This document shows, one piece after another, positions 63,991-64,000 of a DNA stretch of 64,000 nucleotides (the stretch's first letter is position 1; the number at the start of each line of letters is the position of its first letter). The DNA is from Rhina ancylostomus (Eukaryota), in contig JARFYF010000046.1 of assembly GCA_030265395.1 (NCBI GenBank), positions 18,985,378 through 19,049,377 on the forward strand, written 5' to 3'. The notes beneath the pieces were generated by a model. The model searched no databases. It saw only the letters and a list, made by a program, of their open reading frames with translations, and was not told the origin of the DNA. Made by a program: the position numbers and the translations under genes.

Positions 63991-64000
63991 AATTCTTCAG

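Overview
AT-rich, repeat-dense vertebrate genomic DNA from a draft assembly with several N gaps. The repeat families (CR1, Penelope-like, Deu-type and V-type SINEs, RTE, Gypsy) suggest a cartilaginous fish; this is inference. Two genes lie on the minus strand in the tandem order known from human 12q24.31. The first is an essentially complete CCDC62 gene (about 59.1 kb to 35.1 kb, 14-15 coding exons, all GT-AG and phase-consistent, about 840-860 aa). The second is HIP1R, represented by its first coding exon (25393-25485) and more than 25 kb of intron 1 running off the left end of the window. CpG islands mark both promoters, and the CCDC62 island also appears to launch a divergent plus-strand exon. 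I found no convincing wholly new biological system. The strongest leads are a triplicated in-frame HIP1R exon-1 splice donor, two phase-compatible candidate exons inside HIP1R intron 1, an extended CCDC62 N-terminus, an ~82-bp intronic inverted repeat and a minisatellite-bearing MITE. Gene identities come from recalled human protein sequences, not a database search. Repeat boundaries are approximate.
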